Positions 1 through 10,349 are shown, counted from the first letter of the stretch. The stretch: 64,000 nucleotides of DNA from Patescibacteria group bacterium (GCA_048499955.1 JASNYX010000001.1:2452-66451), one strand, 5' to 3'. Numbers and translations: made by a program. Notes: a model not told the origin generated them from the sequence alone.

Positions 1-188
1 ATTTCGGAAGAATAGTTGCGGTAGGTCCCGGCAGAAAAACGGATACGGGCGAACTGATAGTTCCGGAAATGAAAGAGGGTGACCTCGTGGTAATTAGCGG
101 AAAATGGGTAGGAGAAAACGTTACCGTAGATGGAGTTGAATATAAAATTGTTTCTAGTTCAGATATTTTAGCGATTGTAAAAAATTAA
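1..188 (+). CDS. groES: Co-chaperonin GroES, C-terminal part (5' end outside window)
   Basis: Frame 3 translates to ...GRIVAVGPGRKTDTGELIVPEMKEGDLVVISGKWVGENVTVDGVEYKIVSSSDILAIVKN*, a typical GroES C-terminus; lies 33 nt upstream of groEL. Confidence 0.85.
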   Translation, partial: FGRIVAVGPGRKTDTGELIVPEMKEGDLVVISGKWVGENVTVDGVEYKIVSSSDILAIVKN

Positions 189-221
189 AAACAATCGCAA
201 ATTTTTGAAAGTTATATACAT

Positions 222-1850
222 ATGGCAAAAAAAATTATTTACGACCAAGAAGCTAGAATCAAACTTAAAAATGGAGTAGATGCAGTTGCAAACGCAGTAG
301 GTGCAACATTAGGTCCGTTAGGTAGAAATGTCGCCATTTCAAAAGAATGGGGCAGTCCGACTTTGACACACGATGGAGTAACAGTCGCCAAAGAAGTCGA
401 ACTTGCTGATCCTTTTGAAAATATGGGTGCCAAGCTTGTAGTTGAAGCCGCTAATAAAACAAACGATGTCGCCGGTGATGGAACAACATCCTCAACTGTT
501 CTTGCGCAAGCAATGGTTGAAGAAGCCCTCAAAAATATAGCAGCAGGTGCAAATCCTATGATTATGCGACGAGGACTTGAAAAAGCTGTAGCAGAACTTG
601 TAGTAGCTATCAAAGAGATGTCCAAGCCTATAAAAACAAAAGAGGAAAAAGCTCAGGTAGCAACAAACTCCGCACAAGATGCAGAAATCGGAAACATAAT
701 AGCGAATGCAATGGAAGAAGTCGGAAACGACGGAATTATTTCGGTCGAAGAAGGCAAAGGTATTTCGATGGAAGAAGCAGAAATCAAAAGCGGATGGGGA
801 TGGGACAATGGATACCTTTCTTCATATTTTGTAACAAACTCCGATAAGATGGAAGCTGAAGTCGAATCACCATACATTCTTATTACGGATAAAAAAATCG
901 AGAACATTCAGGATCTAGTACCGATGCTCGAGAACTTGGTTAAAGTAACTCAAAATCTGGTAATCATTGCAGATGATGTAGGTGGACAAGCTTTAGCTAC
1001 GTTGGTAGTAAATAAACTAAGAGGTACCTTGAAAATTTTAGCGGTTAAAGCACCGGGCTTTGGAGACCGAAGAAAAGCAATGCTTCAAGATATCGCGATT
1101 GTAACCGGTGGTACCGTAATCAGTGAGGATCTTGGTAGAAAGCTGGACTCCATAACAATAGAAGATCTTGGAAGAGCAGACAAAATCACTTCCACTAAAG
1201 ATGAAACACGTATTATCGCCGGAAAAGGTTCTGAAGAATCAATCAAAGACAGAGAATCTCAACTCAGAAGAGAGATCGATGAAACCACAAGTGATTATGA
1301 TAGAGAAAAACTTCAGGAAAGACTCGCTAAACTTGTTGGAGGAGTTGCGATCATCAGAGTCGGTGCTGCAACCGAGTCAGAAATGAAAGAAAAGAAATAT
1401 AGAGTGGAAGATGCGGTTAATGCAACCAAAGCTGCGGTCGCCGAAGGAATAGTCCCCGGAGGAGGAGTTGCTCTACTTAAAGCTAGAAACATACTGAAAG
1501 ATCTTAATCTTGAAGGCGAAGAAAAAATCGGAGCAGATATGCTATACAATGCTCTCGAAATGCCTTTTCGAAAAATCTTAGGAAACGCAGGCTTAGAACC
1601 GGGAAGATACATCAAAGAAGTCGAAGAAAATCTTGATAAAAACATCGGAGTCAACGTGCTTAAGGGTGGAGAACTAGAAGACATGATAAAAGCAGGAGTT
1701 ATTGATCCTGCAAAGGTAACACGAGCCGTCGTTGAAAATGCCGGAAGTGTAACTATTAATATTATGTGTACTTCAGCACTTATTGCTCCGGAAAAAGAAG
1801 ACAAACCTGAACCTGAACATAACCATGGTGCCGGTATGGGAATGATGTAA
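222..1850 (+). CDS. groEL: Chaperonin GroEL (60 kDa), 542 aa with C-terminal GGM-type tail (GAGMGMM)
   Basis: Canonical GroEL sequence over full length (AAGANP, DGTTSS, GGGVALL motifs) and groES-groEL operon order. Confidence 0.97.
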   Translation: MAKKIIYDQEARIKLKNGVDAVANAVGATLGPLGRNVAISKEWGSPTLTHDGVTVAKEVELADPFENMGAKLVVEAANKTNDVAGDGTTSSTVLAQAMVEEALKNIAAGANPMIMRRGLEKAVAELVVAIKEMSKPIKTKEEKAQVATNSAQDAEIGNIIANAMEEVGNDGIISVEEGKGISMEEAEIKSGWGWDNGYLSSYFVTNSDKMEAEVESPYILITDKKIENIQDLVPMLENLVKVTQNLVIIADDVGGQALATLVVNKLRGTLKILAVKAPGFGDRRKAMLQDIAIVTGGTVISEDLGRKLDSITIEDLGRADKITSTKDETRIIAGKGSEESIKDRESQLRREIDETTSDYDREKLQERLAKLVGGVAIIRVGAATESEMKEKKYRVEDAVNATKAAVAEGIVPGGGVALLKARNILKDLNLEGEEKIGADMLYNALEMPFRKILGNAGLEPGRYIKEVEENLDKNIGVNVLKGGELEDMIKAGVIDPAKVTRAVVENAGSVTINIMCTSALIAPEKEDKPEPEHNHGAGMGMM

Positions 1851-1873
1851 CCTTAACTGCTTCCTTGTAGATC

Positions 1874-1905
1874 AAAAAAAGCCCTCAGTACAGAGGGCTT
1901 TTTTG
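1874..1905 (+). terminator. Rho-independent terminator after groEL (A-run, GCCCTC stem, loop, GAGGGC stem, T-run)
   Basis: aaaaaaaGCCCTCagtacaGAGGGCtttttt read directly; perfect 6-bp GC-rich stem flanked by A7/T6, 24 nt after groEL stop. Confidence 0.6.
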
Positions 1906-2006
1906 TTCTTTCAATTAAAAAAGACTAGACAATTTCGAATACTGAATATACACTCTACAGTTCCCTAAAAGAAGATTTATAATGCGTTTCCTGATAAACT
2001 TTTTGT

Positions 2007-3326
2007 ATGAATGAAAATAATTTAACACCCTTGTCTGATAAAAATCCCTTTCCGGAAAATAACCAGAATCAAACTCCGACCAATACGGCAAACAACGGCC
2101 ACTCCGAATCAGAATATGCAGAGAAACAACCTTTAATCAAACCTGGCAAATTGAGGAGGTTAAAAGCGCTAGGAATCGGATTGGCGATCTTTCTTTTTCT
2201 AGGAGTCGTAGCGTTATTCGCAGTTGCATCATTAACTCAAAATTCGCAGATTCCCTTGCCGACAGCTCCGATAGATGATGATACAGAACAAATCGTCGAG
2301 ATGTCGAAAACCCCTCAATTTGCTTATATAAAGAATGGGAAAGAAATATGGGCAGTAGACGTTACCGGTGAGAACAAAATACTTGTACTGGAATTATCGC
2401 CCGTGGAACAAACTTCATTCACCGCATTATCATGGAAATCTCCGGGTAATTTAACCTATACAATATGTCCGGAGCTATCCGGCTCAAACCAAAATTCAAG
2501 CTGCAAAATTAAGACGATAAACCTTGAGAACCGAGCAGTATTTGATGAATTCGAACTAAATGAGCAAATAAAGAAGATGTCTTGGGATATAACCGGTAGG
2601 TATATGGCTATAGTTTCAGAAGATAATGAGAGTACTTACTTCAAGTTGAAAACAGGAACAATAGTTACAACATTAAATCAGTTTTTAAAAATGCCTGATC
2701 CTGCAGGTACAGATTCAAGGGTGTTTTTTACGCCTGATAGTCAGAATGTTATTTTCTCAGCTATTAGTAGGGTAGTCATCGAAAGAACTAACCGTGAAGA
2801 CGAAGTAATCATAACTCCACTTATTAACACTTACCTGCTTAATGGAACAAAGATAGATGAAATTGAGCAAGCAAAAGATCCTTTCTTAATGTCTCCTAAC
2901 CAAATAGGGTATAGGGTTGAAGATCGATTGGTCTATAGAACCCTTGGTGAAAATGAGGACACCGTGATTACCGACCTTAACGGTTTCAGTCCGGCAATTT
3001 CTCCCGATAAAAGCCAAATTGCATACTGGTATGCGGAAGGTAATCTTAATAATGTGATATTAGGAGTTTTTGATGCGAAATTAAATATTCATAGAAATAT
3101 ATTGCGGGGCATAATTCTTCCCCTTTGGTTGGATGATAAAAAAATAGTAGGAATTAAAGCTGATAATTGTGCTTCCAGTAATTGCCAATTGTATCAATTT
3201 CAGACGAACAGCATTTCGATATTCGATCTTTCAAGAGGGAACGTAATACAAATCGATCATGGGAAAAAAATTATAGAACCAACTTTCACTGATTTTTCAG
3301 AAGTAGCTCGTAATCCGTCGGAATAA
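2007..3326 (+). CDS. Membrane-anchored hypothetical protein, N-terminal TM helix then beta-propeller-like (TolB/PD40-like) ectodomain
   Basis: Long ORF with one hydrophobic helix (LAIFLFLGVVALFAVASL) and repeated propeller-like segments (SPDKSQIAYWY, TPDSQNVIFSA); no specific family recognised. Confidence 0.6.
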   Translation: MNENNLTPLSDKNPFPENNQNQTPTNTANNGHSESEYAEKQPLIKPGKLRRLKALGIGLAIFLFLGVVALFAVASLTQNSQIPLPTAPIDDDTEQIVEMSKTPQFAYIKNGKEIWAVDVTGENKILVLELSPVEQTSFTALSWKSPGNLTYTICPELSGSNQNSSCKIKTINLENRAVFDEFELNEQIKKMSWDITGRYMAIVSEDNESTYFKLKTGTIVTTLNQFLKMPDPAGTDSRVFFTPDSQNVIFSAISRVVIERTNREDEVIITPLINTYLLNGTKIDEIEQAKDPFLMSPNQIGYRVEDRLVYRTLGENEDTVITDLNGFSPAISPDKSQIAYWYAEGNLNNVILGVFDAKLNIHRNILRGIILPLWLDDKKIVGIKADNCASSNCQLYQFQTNSISIFDLSRGNVIQIDHGKKIIEPTFTDFSEVARNPSE

Positions 3327-3327
3327 A

Positions 3328-5013
3328 ATGCCAATCAAAGAAGATAGTCAAAGTACACTAGATGTTTTAAGTGCAATAGCCGGAGGAACAGGGCGTAAAC
3401 ACCCGGTTCCCCAAAACGTAATGGATGTTGAATTCAAAGTGGTGGGAGATTTGTCTCTGAGGCAAGTAGCCTACGCTTTTGCCGGAGTTGGAGTCGCATA
3501 TTTGTTTTTTAAATCCGGCCTTCCGAACTTTTGGGCTTATTCTTTAGCCATTTTCTCCCTAGTTGCAGGAGCTGCAATTGCGTTCGTACCTTATGAAGAA
3601 AGAACTTTAGATAAATGGCTGGTGTTATTTATTCGAGGAATGTTCAGACCCACTCAAATGATATGGAGAAAAGACGAGTATTCCCCGGCATACTTTCTTG
3701 CTGATTATGCGGATATTATCAAAAATGAGATCATAACCCTAACTCCAACAAAAAGCAGAAACAAACTGGATGACTATCTTGGACGTCTCCCCGACGACCC
3801 CGATAACATGGATATTTATAGTAAGGATAGAGTCCAGGATATCTTCCTACAAGTTGAGAATTTAAATATAGGAGCCGAAGTCGTCACTAATGATAATCTC
3901 ATCTCAATGAGAGCAAAGGAAGACGAGCCCAAATTAAAATTCCCTGATATTCACACAACAAAACCTGTCGTAACTGCTAACCAAGCTTCTGAAATACAAA
4001 CACCTGCACAAACTTTACCTACCACACCAACAGAAACAGCACCTCCCATAAGCCCTAAAGAACCGCAATTGGTAGTACAAGACAAAATTGATAACCAAAC
4101 AAGAAATGCACCCTCAAGCGAACCATATGTACCACCCAACAAAAATGAAATAGTTAACGCAGAAATTGAAACCAAAAAAGAACTCGTTGAGGCACTTAAC
4201 ACTAACTATGTAGAAGTTGTATCTTCCGATCATATTGATAGACCAATAAAAAATTGGCCAACCGAACTCGACTCACAAATTAAAGGTGAATTTAAAATAA
4301 AAACATCTACCAAACTGCCACCGACAATCGTGGCACAAGATATAAAAGTAATTAAGGAACAAGAAGAATCTCTAGAAAAGAAGGTGCATGAGCTACTTGA
4401 GGTTGCAGATAGAGCTAAGAAAGAATTCCAGGGTAAAGGATTTCAAATTGATAATAATTCGAGAATGGAATTCTACAAGAACAAATACCATGAATTAAAG
4501 CAAGAAAAAGAGACACTCACTACGGAAATAAGCAAAAATACGTCAAGAGTAAATATGCTTGAGGGGCATAAACAAAAAGAACCTCTGGAAAAACAGGTAA
4601 ATGAATTAACAGATAGAAACAAAGAACTTGAAGAAAAACTAATGCAAATACAAGAACAACTTTTCAATCTCCAGAAAAAACCCGAAGAAAAACCGGTTAT
4701 CAAAGAACCGGAACCTCCAAAAGATCGTGTTTTAAATACTTCTGATTCTGAAAATATAAATATTATTAGCGGAACTGTAAAAGGTAAATCAGGTGATCTG
4801 ATAGAAAACGCAGTTGTACTGATTAAGGATTTGCAAGGTAATGTTTCCAGGGCTTTGAAAACTAATAAGCTCGGCCAATTTAAAACCCAAACACCAATGC
4901 CTAACGGTTCATACGACATACACATCATAAAAGGCGGTGAAAACTTTGATATAATTCGTGTTGAAGCCGTTGGTGCAGAAATAAGCCCCGTTTATATGAT
5001 TGGAAAGCCTTAA
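3328..5013 (+). CDS. PrgI/VirB3-like T4SS membrane protein with long coiled-coil/Pro-Thr-rich extension and C-terminal carboxypeptidase-regulatory-like beta domain
   Basis: N-terminal two-helix hydrophobic core (VAYAFAGVGVAYLFF...LAIFSLVAGAAIAFVPY) typical of VirB3/PrgI, directly upstream of VirB4-like ATPase; heptad-rich KE segment; C-terminal SGTVKGKSGDLIENAVVLIKDLQGN beta-sandwich-like segment. Confidence 0.5.
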   Translation: MPIKEDSQSTLDVLSAIAGGTGRKHPVPQNVMDVEFKVVGDLSLRQVAYAFAGVGVAYLFFKSGLPNFWAYSLAIFSLVAGAAIAFVPYEERTLDKWLVLFIRGMFRPTQMIWRKDEYSPAYFLADYADIIKNEIITLTPTKSRNKLDDYLGRLPDDPDNMDIYSKDRVQDIFLQVENLNIGAEVVTNDNLISMRAKEDEPKLKFPDIHTTKPVVTANQASEIQTPAQTLPTTPTETAPPISPKEPQLVVQDKIDNQTRNAPSSEPYVPPNKNEIVNAEIETKKELVEALNTNYVEVVSSDHIDRPIKNWPTELDSQIKGEFKIKTSTKLPPTIVAQDIKVIKEQEESLEKKVHELLEVADRAKKEFQGKGFQIDNNSRMEFYKNKYHELKQEKETLTTEISKNTSRVNMLEGHKQKEPLEKQVNELTDRNKELEEKLMQIQEQLFNLQKKPEEKPVIKEPEPPKDRVLNTSDSENINIISGTVKGKSGDLIENAVVLIKDLQGNVSRALKTNKLGQFKTQTPMPNGSYDIHIIKGGENFDIIRVEAVGAEISPVYMIGKP

Positions 5014-5019
5014 AATTAG

Positions 5020-5715
5020 ATGCCGAAAATTAACTTATCGACACAAAGCCATCTTGATATAGCACAAATCAAAAATAATATCGTGGTACTGAAAAATGGC
5101 GGAGCTGCAGCGATAATAGAAACCAATGCAATTAACTTCGATTTATTGGCAGTACAAGAACAAGATGCGGCAATTGCGGCGTATAGTTCACTCCTGAATT
5201 CCCTTACTTTTCCTATACAAGTAACAATCAGATCAAAAAAGATGGATATCACAGACTATCTGGAAAGGGTAAAAGAATTCGAGGAAAAACAAACGAACCC
5301 AAAAGTTAAAAGCCAAATACAAATGTACAGATCCTTTATTAAAGATGAACTGGTAACAAAAGAAAATGTATTAGAAAAACGATTTTATGTAACCATACCT
5401 TATAAAACTTTCGATCTCGGAAATTCTTCTAGCCCATTAGGGTTCCTTGAAGGATTTTTGGATTTACAACCCAAGCCGAAAACAAAAATAAACGTTGACC
5501 AGATATTAGAAGAAGCTAAAACCGAGTTGGATCCCAAAGTAATATTTTTAATTAAAGAATTTGGTAGGATAGGTATTAAAGCAAATCAAGTAAAAACTCC
5601 CGATCTTATCAAACTATTTTATGAGATTTATAACAGTGAAACAGCACAGAATCAGAGAATTAAAGGCGACATGGAACACTTTACTTCAACTTTAGTAGAA
5701 CCGAAAATTATTTAA
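5020..5715 (+). CDS. Hypothetical protein between VirB3-like and VirB4-like genes (T4SS-associated by position)
   Basis: 231-aa ORF, tightly packed (6-nt and 9-nt gaps) in the same operon; no recognisable motif. Confidence 0.6.
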   Translation: MPKINLSTQSHLDIAQIKNNIVVLKNGGAAAIIETNAINFDLLAVQEQDAAIAAYSSLLNSLTFPIQVTIRSKKMDITDYLERVKEFEEKQTNPKVKSQIQMYRSFIKDELVTKENVLEKRFYVTIPYKTFDLGNSSSPLGFLEGFLDLQPKPKTKINVDQILEEAKTELDPKVIFLIKEFGRIGIKANQVKTPDLIKLFYEIYNSETAQNQRIKGDMEHFTSTLVEPKII

Positions 5716-5724
5716 TAGCTTAAT

Positions 5725-7956
5725 ATGAATTTGCCTTTCCTAAAAAAGAAAACTCCAGAAACAACACCCAACACAAACCAACAAAACAATATTGGGGTTT
5801 CAGTGCCGGGTATGGCTACTTCTACTGCCTCATTAGCAAAACAAACTTCGTCGGCGAAACTTCCTGAAACAGCGGAAAAAGCTCTGGCAAAAGGCATACC
5901 AAGCGTTCAGGATATCATTGCTCCGAGTGCAATAGAGGTGGATTATAACTATGTCAAAATCGGTGATAAATACTTTAGAACTTTATTTGTGTCTGCGTAT
6001 CCACGTTTTGTAGGGGCAAACTGGTTAGAGCCTATTATTAACTTTGATCATGCTTGTACGGTTACGATGTTTTACTACCCGATGAATGCCAGGAATGTTT
6101 TAGATGATTTAAGAAGAAAAATCGCTGAAATGGAGGCGACACTGAGCATGGCGAAAGAGCGGGGGAGAGTCGTTGACCCGGCAGTCCAAGCAGCCTTGGG
6201 GGATGCAAAATCTTTACAGGAACAGCTGGTTAAAGGTATCGAAAGGTTTTTCCACTTTTCATTCTATATTACATTGTCAGCACCAACATTAGAGGAACTA
6301 AACAACGTAAGTTATCAAATGGAATCCACACTGGGCTCTCTTTCTTTAATTTCGAAGAAAGCTACTCTGGACATGGAAAACGCTTTTAAATCGACCCTAC
6401 CATTATGTTTGGATAGGCTGAAAGTCATCAGAAATATGGATACTACTTCGGTAGCAACAACATTTCCTTTTACCTCAAGTGAACTTACCGCCAACGAAGG
6501 TATTTTATATGGAATCAACAAACACAATGGATCACTTATTATCTTCGATAGATTTTCACTTGAAAACGCCAACGCTGTAATTTTTGCTAAATCAGGTTCA
6601 GGTAAATCCTACTTCGTTAAACTGGAAGCCCTAAGATCGTTATTATTCGGAACCGGTGTTATCGTACTTGATCCTGAAACAGAATATAAGAAATTGTGCG
6701 AAGCAGTAGGAGGAGATTACATTGATTTCAGTATTAACACAAAAGCAAAAATAAACCCGTTCGAGCTCTCCGTGACGGAAGACAATGAAGATAATTTAAG
6801 TATGAAAATTCTGAGTCTTCATGCTCTTTTGAAAATCATGTTAGGAGACATGTCCAGTGCGGAAGCTGCCGTGCTTGACCGAGCCTTAATTGATACTTAT
6901 CGACTAAAAGGAATTACACAAGATCCGGCCTCACAACAACATAATGAACCACCTCTGATGGAAGACCTTTATAAAACCCTTCAAGTCATGGAAGAACCTG
7001 AATCAAAGGCATTAGCTGCCAGGCTTGAACGATTCGTAAAAGGTTCTCTTGCCGGTATTTTTGACCAAAGATCTAACCTTGATTTAAGTAATGACTTTAC
7101 TGTTTTTTCTATCCGAAACCTACAAGATGTGCTAAGGCCAATTGCAATGTTTATGATACTTGATTTTATTTGGACTAAAGTCAAATACAATCTTAAACGT
7201 CGAATGCTGATTCTCGACGAAGCATGGACTTTAATGCAATATCCTGACTCGGCCGCTTTCGTATATTCATTAGCGAAAAGAGCTAGAAAATACTATCTTG
7301 GGTTAACAACTATCACTCAAGACGTAAATGACTTTTTAAATTCAGACTATGGAAAAGCAGTAGTAACAAACTCTTCTATTCAAGTTCTCTTAAAGCAGCA
7401 TCCTGCTTCGATGGAGGCGCTTACTGAAATTTTCTACCTCTCAGGTGGGGAAAGGAACTTTTTGCTCTCAGCGGGCATTGGAGAGGGCTTATTCTTTGCA
7501 GGAACCAATCACGTTGCTATGTCAGTTAAGGCTTCGAAACAGGAACACGCACTGATAACTACAAATCCTGCAGAAGTTATGAAGATGCAAAAAGATCAGG
7601 ATATTGAAAAGCTAATTCAGCAAAATATAAACAGCAACAATTTGGCAAACATGCAATCGCAAGCTATGAATAATAATTCCCTAAAGATCAACACAGTTCC
7701 CAACGTACAACCCGGAGTACCACCTGTCACAAACAACAATCCTGGCAGCACTGTAATACCGGTAGTAACACCCATTAACCAGGCACCTATAAATACGCCA
7801 ACCAATGTTGGTCAGGTTAATCCTTATGAAAGTAAATCGGTACCACCGAATAATTCTTCGGTACAAATGCCAAACCCGATGGTAGGCGAAGATCAGGAAA
7901 ACAACTACACAAGTGGCACAATAATGCTGAATCCGAATAGAAATAATCAGGAATAA
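5725..7956 (+). CDS. virB4: VirB4/TrbE/CagE-family type IV secretion ATPase with Q/N/P-rich C-terminal tail
   Basis: Walker A AKSGSGKSY, Walker B LILDEAWTL, overall VirB4 (DUF87) layout; last ~130 aa low-complexity (NNNSLKINTVPNVQPGVPPVTNNNPGS...). Confidence 0.85.
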   Translation: MNLPFLKKKTPETTPNTNQQNNIGVSVPGMATSTASLAKQTSSAKLPETAEKALAKGIPSVQDIIAPSAIEVDYNYVKIGDKYFRTLFVSAYPRFVGANWLEPIINFDHACTVTMFYYPMNARNVLDDLRRKIAEMEATLSMAKERGRVVDPAVQAALGDAKSLQEQLVKGIERFFHFSFYITLSAPTLEELNNVSYQMESTLGSLSLISKKATLDMENAFKSTLPLCLDRLKVIRNMDTTSVATTFPFTSSELTANEGILYGINKHNGSLIIFDRFSLENANAVIFAKSGSGKSYFVKLEALRSLLFGTGVIVLDPETEYKKLCEAVGGDYIDFSINTKAKINPFELSVTEDNEDNLSMKILSLHALLKIMLGDMSSAEAAVLDRALIDTYRLKGITQDPASQQHNEPPLMEDLYKTLQVMEEPESKALAARLERFVKGSLAGIFDQRSNLDLSNDFTVFSIRNLQDVLRPIAMFMILDFIWTKVKYNLKRRMLILDEAWTLMQYPDSAAFVYSLAKRARKYYLGLTTITQDVNDFLNSDYGKAVVTNSSIQVLLKQHPASMEALTEIFYLSGGERNFLLSAGIGEGLFFAGTNHVAMSVKASKQEHALITTNPAEVMKMQKDQDIEKLIQQNINSNNLANMQSQAMNNNSLKINTVPNVQPGVPPVTNNNPGSTVIPVVTPINQAPINTPTNVGQVNPYESKSVPPNNSSVQMPNPMVGEDQENNYTSGTIMLNPNRNNQE

Positions 7957-7962
7957 ATTTCT

Positions 7963-9072
7963 TTACCAGGAAGCCCTCATAGGCATCACAATATACAGGT
8001 AATCGTCATTTCCTGTAACCTTAAAGGCAGCTGGCTTTAACGGATCGTTAGCTTCAAAAGAAATTTCATCACCTTCCGCATTGCTTACAAGGTCTATCAG
8101 ATACTTTGCATTAAATGCAATTTCAATAGGAGTACCTGTGAATTCTCCTTGGACTTTTATGATGTTACTACCGGACTCAGTAGGTTGAGAGCGAACTTCA
8201 ACAAGATCTGCATTCGCAACCATTTTTACCATGTTGTCCTGATCTTTCGAAAATACACTAGCCAACTTAATGGCATTACTCACTTCCGATTTGGCGATTA
8301 AAACTTTGGTATTAAATTCAGAAGGAATAATTGCTCTATAATCAGGATATTCGCCTTCGATCATTCTAAGTTGAGCCTGCATATCTTTCACCCTAAGATT
8401 CACAACATTTCGGTTATTGTTAATAAACATCTCCACATACTCATTTTCGGAAGAAAAAGATTTTACGATATCAGTAAAGGATCGGGAAGGTACAATGCAG
8501 GAAGACTCAAATCCATAGTCTTTATCTAGCTTAATTTTATACTCCGCCATTCTGAAACCATCCGTCACAGCAAGAGTCATCTGATCCTTCGATATCATGA
8601 TATAAATACCGGTTAATACCGGCCTGCTTTCATTTACACCGGGAACAAATTGAATATGCTGAAGTGCCCTCACCAAATCTTCTGATTTAAGCTTCACATG
8701 ATCGCCCTCTTCTATAACTTCAATATCAGGAAACTCTGATGCGGGTAGTGTAGTAAAGGTGGAAGTTATCTTCTCGGTCTGAACGTGAAATTTACCATCT
8801 GCGACGGAGCAATCGACTTTATCTTCGTTTATCTGACCGATGAAGCTTTGTAATAGTTTAGCGGGTATAGTAGTCTCGCCCGGTTGTTCGATGTTGGCAT
8901 TCGTCCATATTGAAATAGTTACCTGCAAGTCAGAAGCGGTCATTTTAATTTGACCCTCTTCAGTTTTAACCAGAATATTGGATAAAGCAGGGATAGCAAC
9001 TTTAGGGTTAACAGCTTTGTTAACAATGTTTACGCCTTTGTTAAAAGGTCCTCTAATAATGCTGAATTTCAT
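7963..9072 (-). CDS. dnaN: DNA polymerase III beta sliding clamp
   Basis: 369-aa three-domain clamp-like sequence (MKFSIIRG..., DGFRMAEY). Sequence check: revcomp of 9061-9072 is ATGAAATTCAGC, and the tail 7963-7974 ttaccaggaagc reverse-complements to ...gct tcc tgg taa (ASW*). The ORF is therefore minus-strand, despite the '+' label in the supplied track. Confidence 0.9.
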   Translation of the reverse strand: MKFSIIRGPFNKGVNIVNKAVNPKVAIPALSNILVKTEEGQIKMTASDLQVTISIWTNANIEQPGETTIPAKLLQSFIGQINEDKVDCSVADGKFHVQTEKITSTFTTLPASEFPDIEVIEEGDHVKLKSEDLVRALQHIQFVPGVNESRPVLTGIYIMISKDQMTLAVTDGFRMAEYKIKLDKDYGFESSCIVPSRSFTDIVKSFSSENEYVEMFINNNRNVVNLRVKDMQAQLRMIEGEYPDYRAIIPSEFNTKVLIAKSEVSNAIKLASVFSKDQDNMVKMVANADLVEVRSQPTESGSNIIKVQGEFTGTPIEIAFNAKYLIDLVSNAEGDEISFEANDPLKPAAFKVTGNDDYLYIVMPMRASW

Positions 9073-9084
9073 ATGTAAATAGAA

Positions 9085-9585
9085 TTACTGAGAATCCACA
9101 CTGATATCCGCACCTGAGTCATTTTCCGAATCCATGGAAATTATAACTTTCCTGTTAGGGCCGTCACCTTCAGAATATGACCTGACCCCTTCGATGGCGT
9201 TGACTACTTCATGCACAATTTTGCGTTCATAACTGCTCATCGGATATAGACTAACGGATTTATTAAGTTCTTTAGCTTTTGAGGCAGCATTCGAAGCCAT
9301 TTCCCTCAATTTTGTTTCCTTATTTTTTCTGTAATTGCTAACATCAATAACTATGGGAGCATGCTCGCCAAGTTCTTTGGATAGAAAAATGTTAATAAGA
9401 AACTGTAAGGAATTTAATGTATGTCCATGATAACCGACTAAAAGGCTATCACTTGTGGTTCTCAAATTAAAATAGAGCTTTTCTTCTGTCGGATGTTCCA
9501 CTTCAGAGGAATACTCAATGTCCAGATATCCTAAAATTTCTGAAAGAAGTTCTTTAACTCGCTGTTCCAGGTTTTGATTTTCCAT
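9085..9585 (-). CDS. jag: Jag/KhpB-like RNA-binding protein (KH + R3H domain)
   Basis: R3H-like segment YERKIVHEVVNAIEGVRSYSEGDGPNRKVII; conserved position downstream of yidC. Confidence 0.8.
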   Translation of the reverse strand: MENQNLEQRVKELLSEILGYLDIEYSSEVEHPTEEKLYFNLRTTSDSLLVGYHGHTLNSLQFLINIFLSKELGEHAPIVIDVSNYRKNKETKLREMASNAASKAKELNKSVSLYPMSSYERKIVHEVVNAIEGVRSYSEGDGPNRKVIISMDSENDSGADISVDSQ

Positions 9586-10336
9586 AATAATTCAAATATA
9601 AGTACTGAAGTGCAGTCAAAACTGTAGACACAAGCCAATACCAAACTAAACCAGCGGGAAGACTAATGCCAATAACTAAAGTTAAAATCGGCATAGTATA
9701 CAACATTTGTTCTTGCATATTATACATAATGTCGTCAACCTTGTCAGGCGTGTTTTCTGCGACTTTCTCTACTTTTTTGGTTGCAGGAGCCATTAATCTG
9801 GATAAATAAAACTGGGCAGCCGCAGCTAAGACCGGTAAAACGTAGTTAGGTCGTGCCAAATCTATGTTGAATAAATTAGTATTTAACTGCTGATCGGGTT
9901 GAAACTTGAGATAATCCCAATTATAAAGCATCGAATTTATCGTATCCAACATTACCTGGTGATCCTGAAAGAGCGTGTTAAAAATGCTGTATAAGGGTGC
10001 CAAAATGAAAATAAAAGTGAACAGCTGAGGCAAACAACCGGACGCAGGATTTATGCCTTCCTGCTTATAAAGCTCCATCTGTTTTTGAGCAAGTTTCTGC
10101 TTGTCATCTTTATATTTTGCCTTCAGTTCATCAAATTTGGGTTTAAGCTCCCTTTGTTTCTTAGCAATCTCATAGGAGTTTTTTGTCATAGGGTAGGTGA
10201 CAACTTTCACAAGCAATGTGACAGCTAAAATAGCGAGTGCCATATTATCAGAACAAAGGTGATAAAAGAAAACCAGAAGGTTGAAGAGAGGATAATATAT
10301 TATGTTGTTCCAAAGGAAAACGATGGGATTTGCCAT
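9554..10336 (-). CDS. yidC: Membrane protein insertase YidC/Oxa1 (short form)
   Basis: Polytopic 260-aa protein with YidC-like helices and a KKQ-rich amphipathic loop; operon position rnpA-yidD-yidC-jag. Confidence 0.85.
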   Translation of the reverse strand: MANPIVFLWNNIIYYPLFNLLVFFYHLCSDNMALAILAVTLLVKVVTYPMTKNSYEIAKKQRELKPKFDELKAKYKDDKQKLAQKQMELYKQEGINPASGCLPQLFTFIFILAPLYSIFNTLFQDHQVMLDTINSMLYNWDYLKFQPDQQLNTNLFNIDLARPNYVLPVLAAAAQFYLSRLMAPATKKVEKVAENTPDKVDDIMYNMQEQMLYTMPILTLVIGISLPAGLVWYWLVSTVLTALQYLYLNYYGKSKPGTAS

Positions 10337-10349
10337 AAATACTACTAAA

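Noticed and set aside
239-1804. Several minus-strand or out-of-frame ORFs of 60-160 aa inside groEL (239-625, 492-677, 653-907, 1168-1386, 1313-1804)
   Set aside because: They are fully embedded in a highly conserved essential gene. Their compositions are skewed (Ser/Ala/Thr-rich), typical of antisense frames of a GC-moderate gene. No RBS or independent support was found
7963-9072. Track annotation of the dnaN ORF as plus-strand
   Set aside because: The plus strand at 7963 reads ttt acc agg aag ccc tca tag, which contains a stop. The reverse complement of 9061-9072 is ATGAAATTCAGC (MKFS). The ORF is therefore on the minus strand, and the '+' is a labelling error
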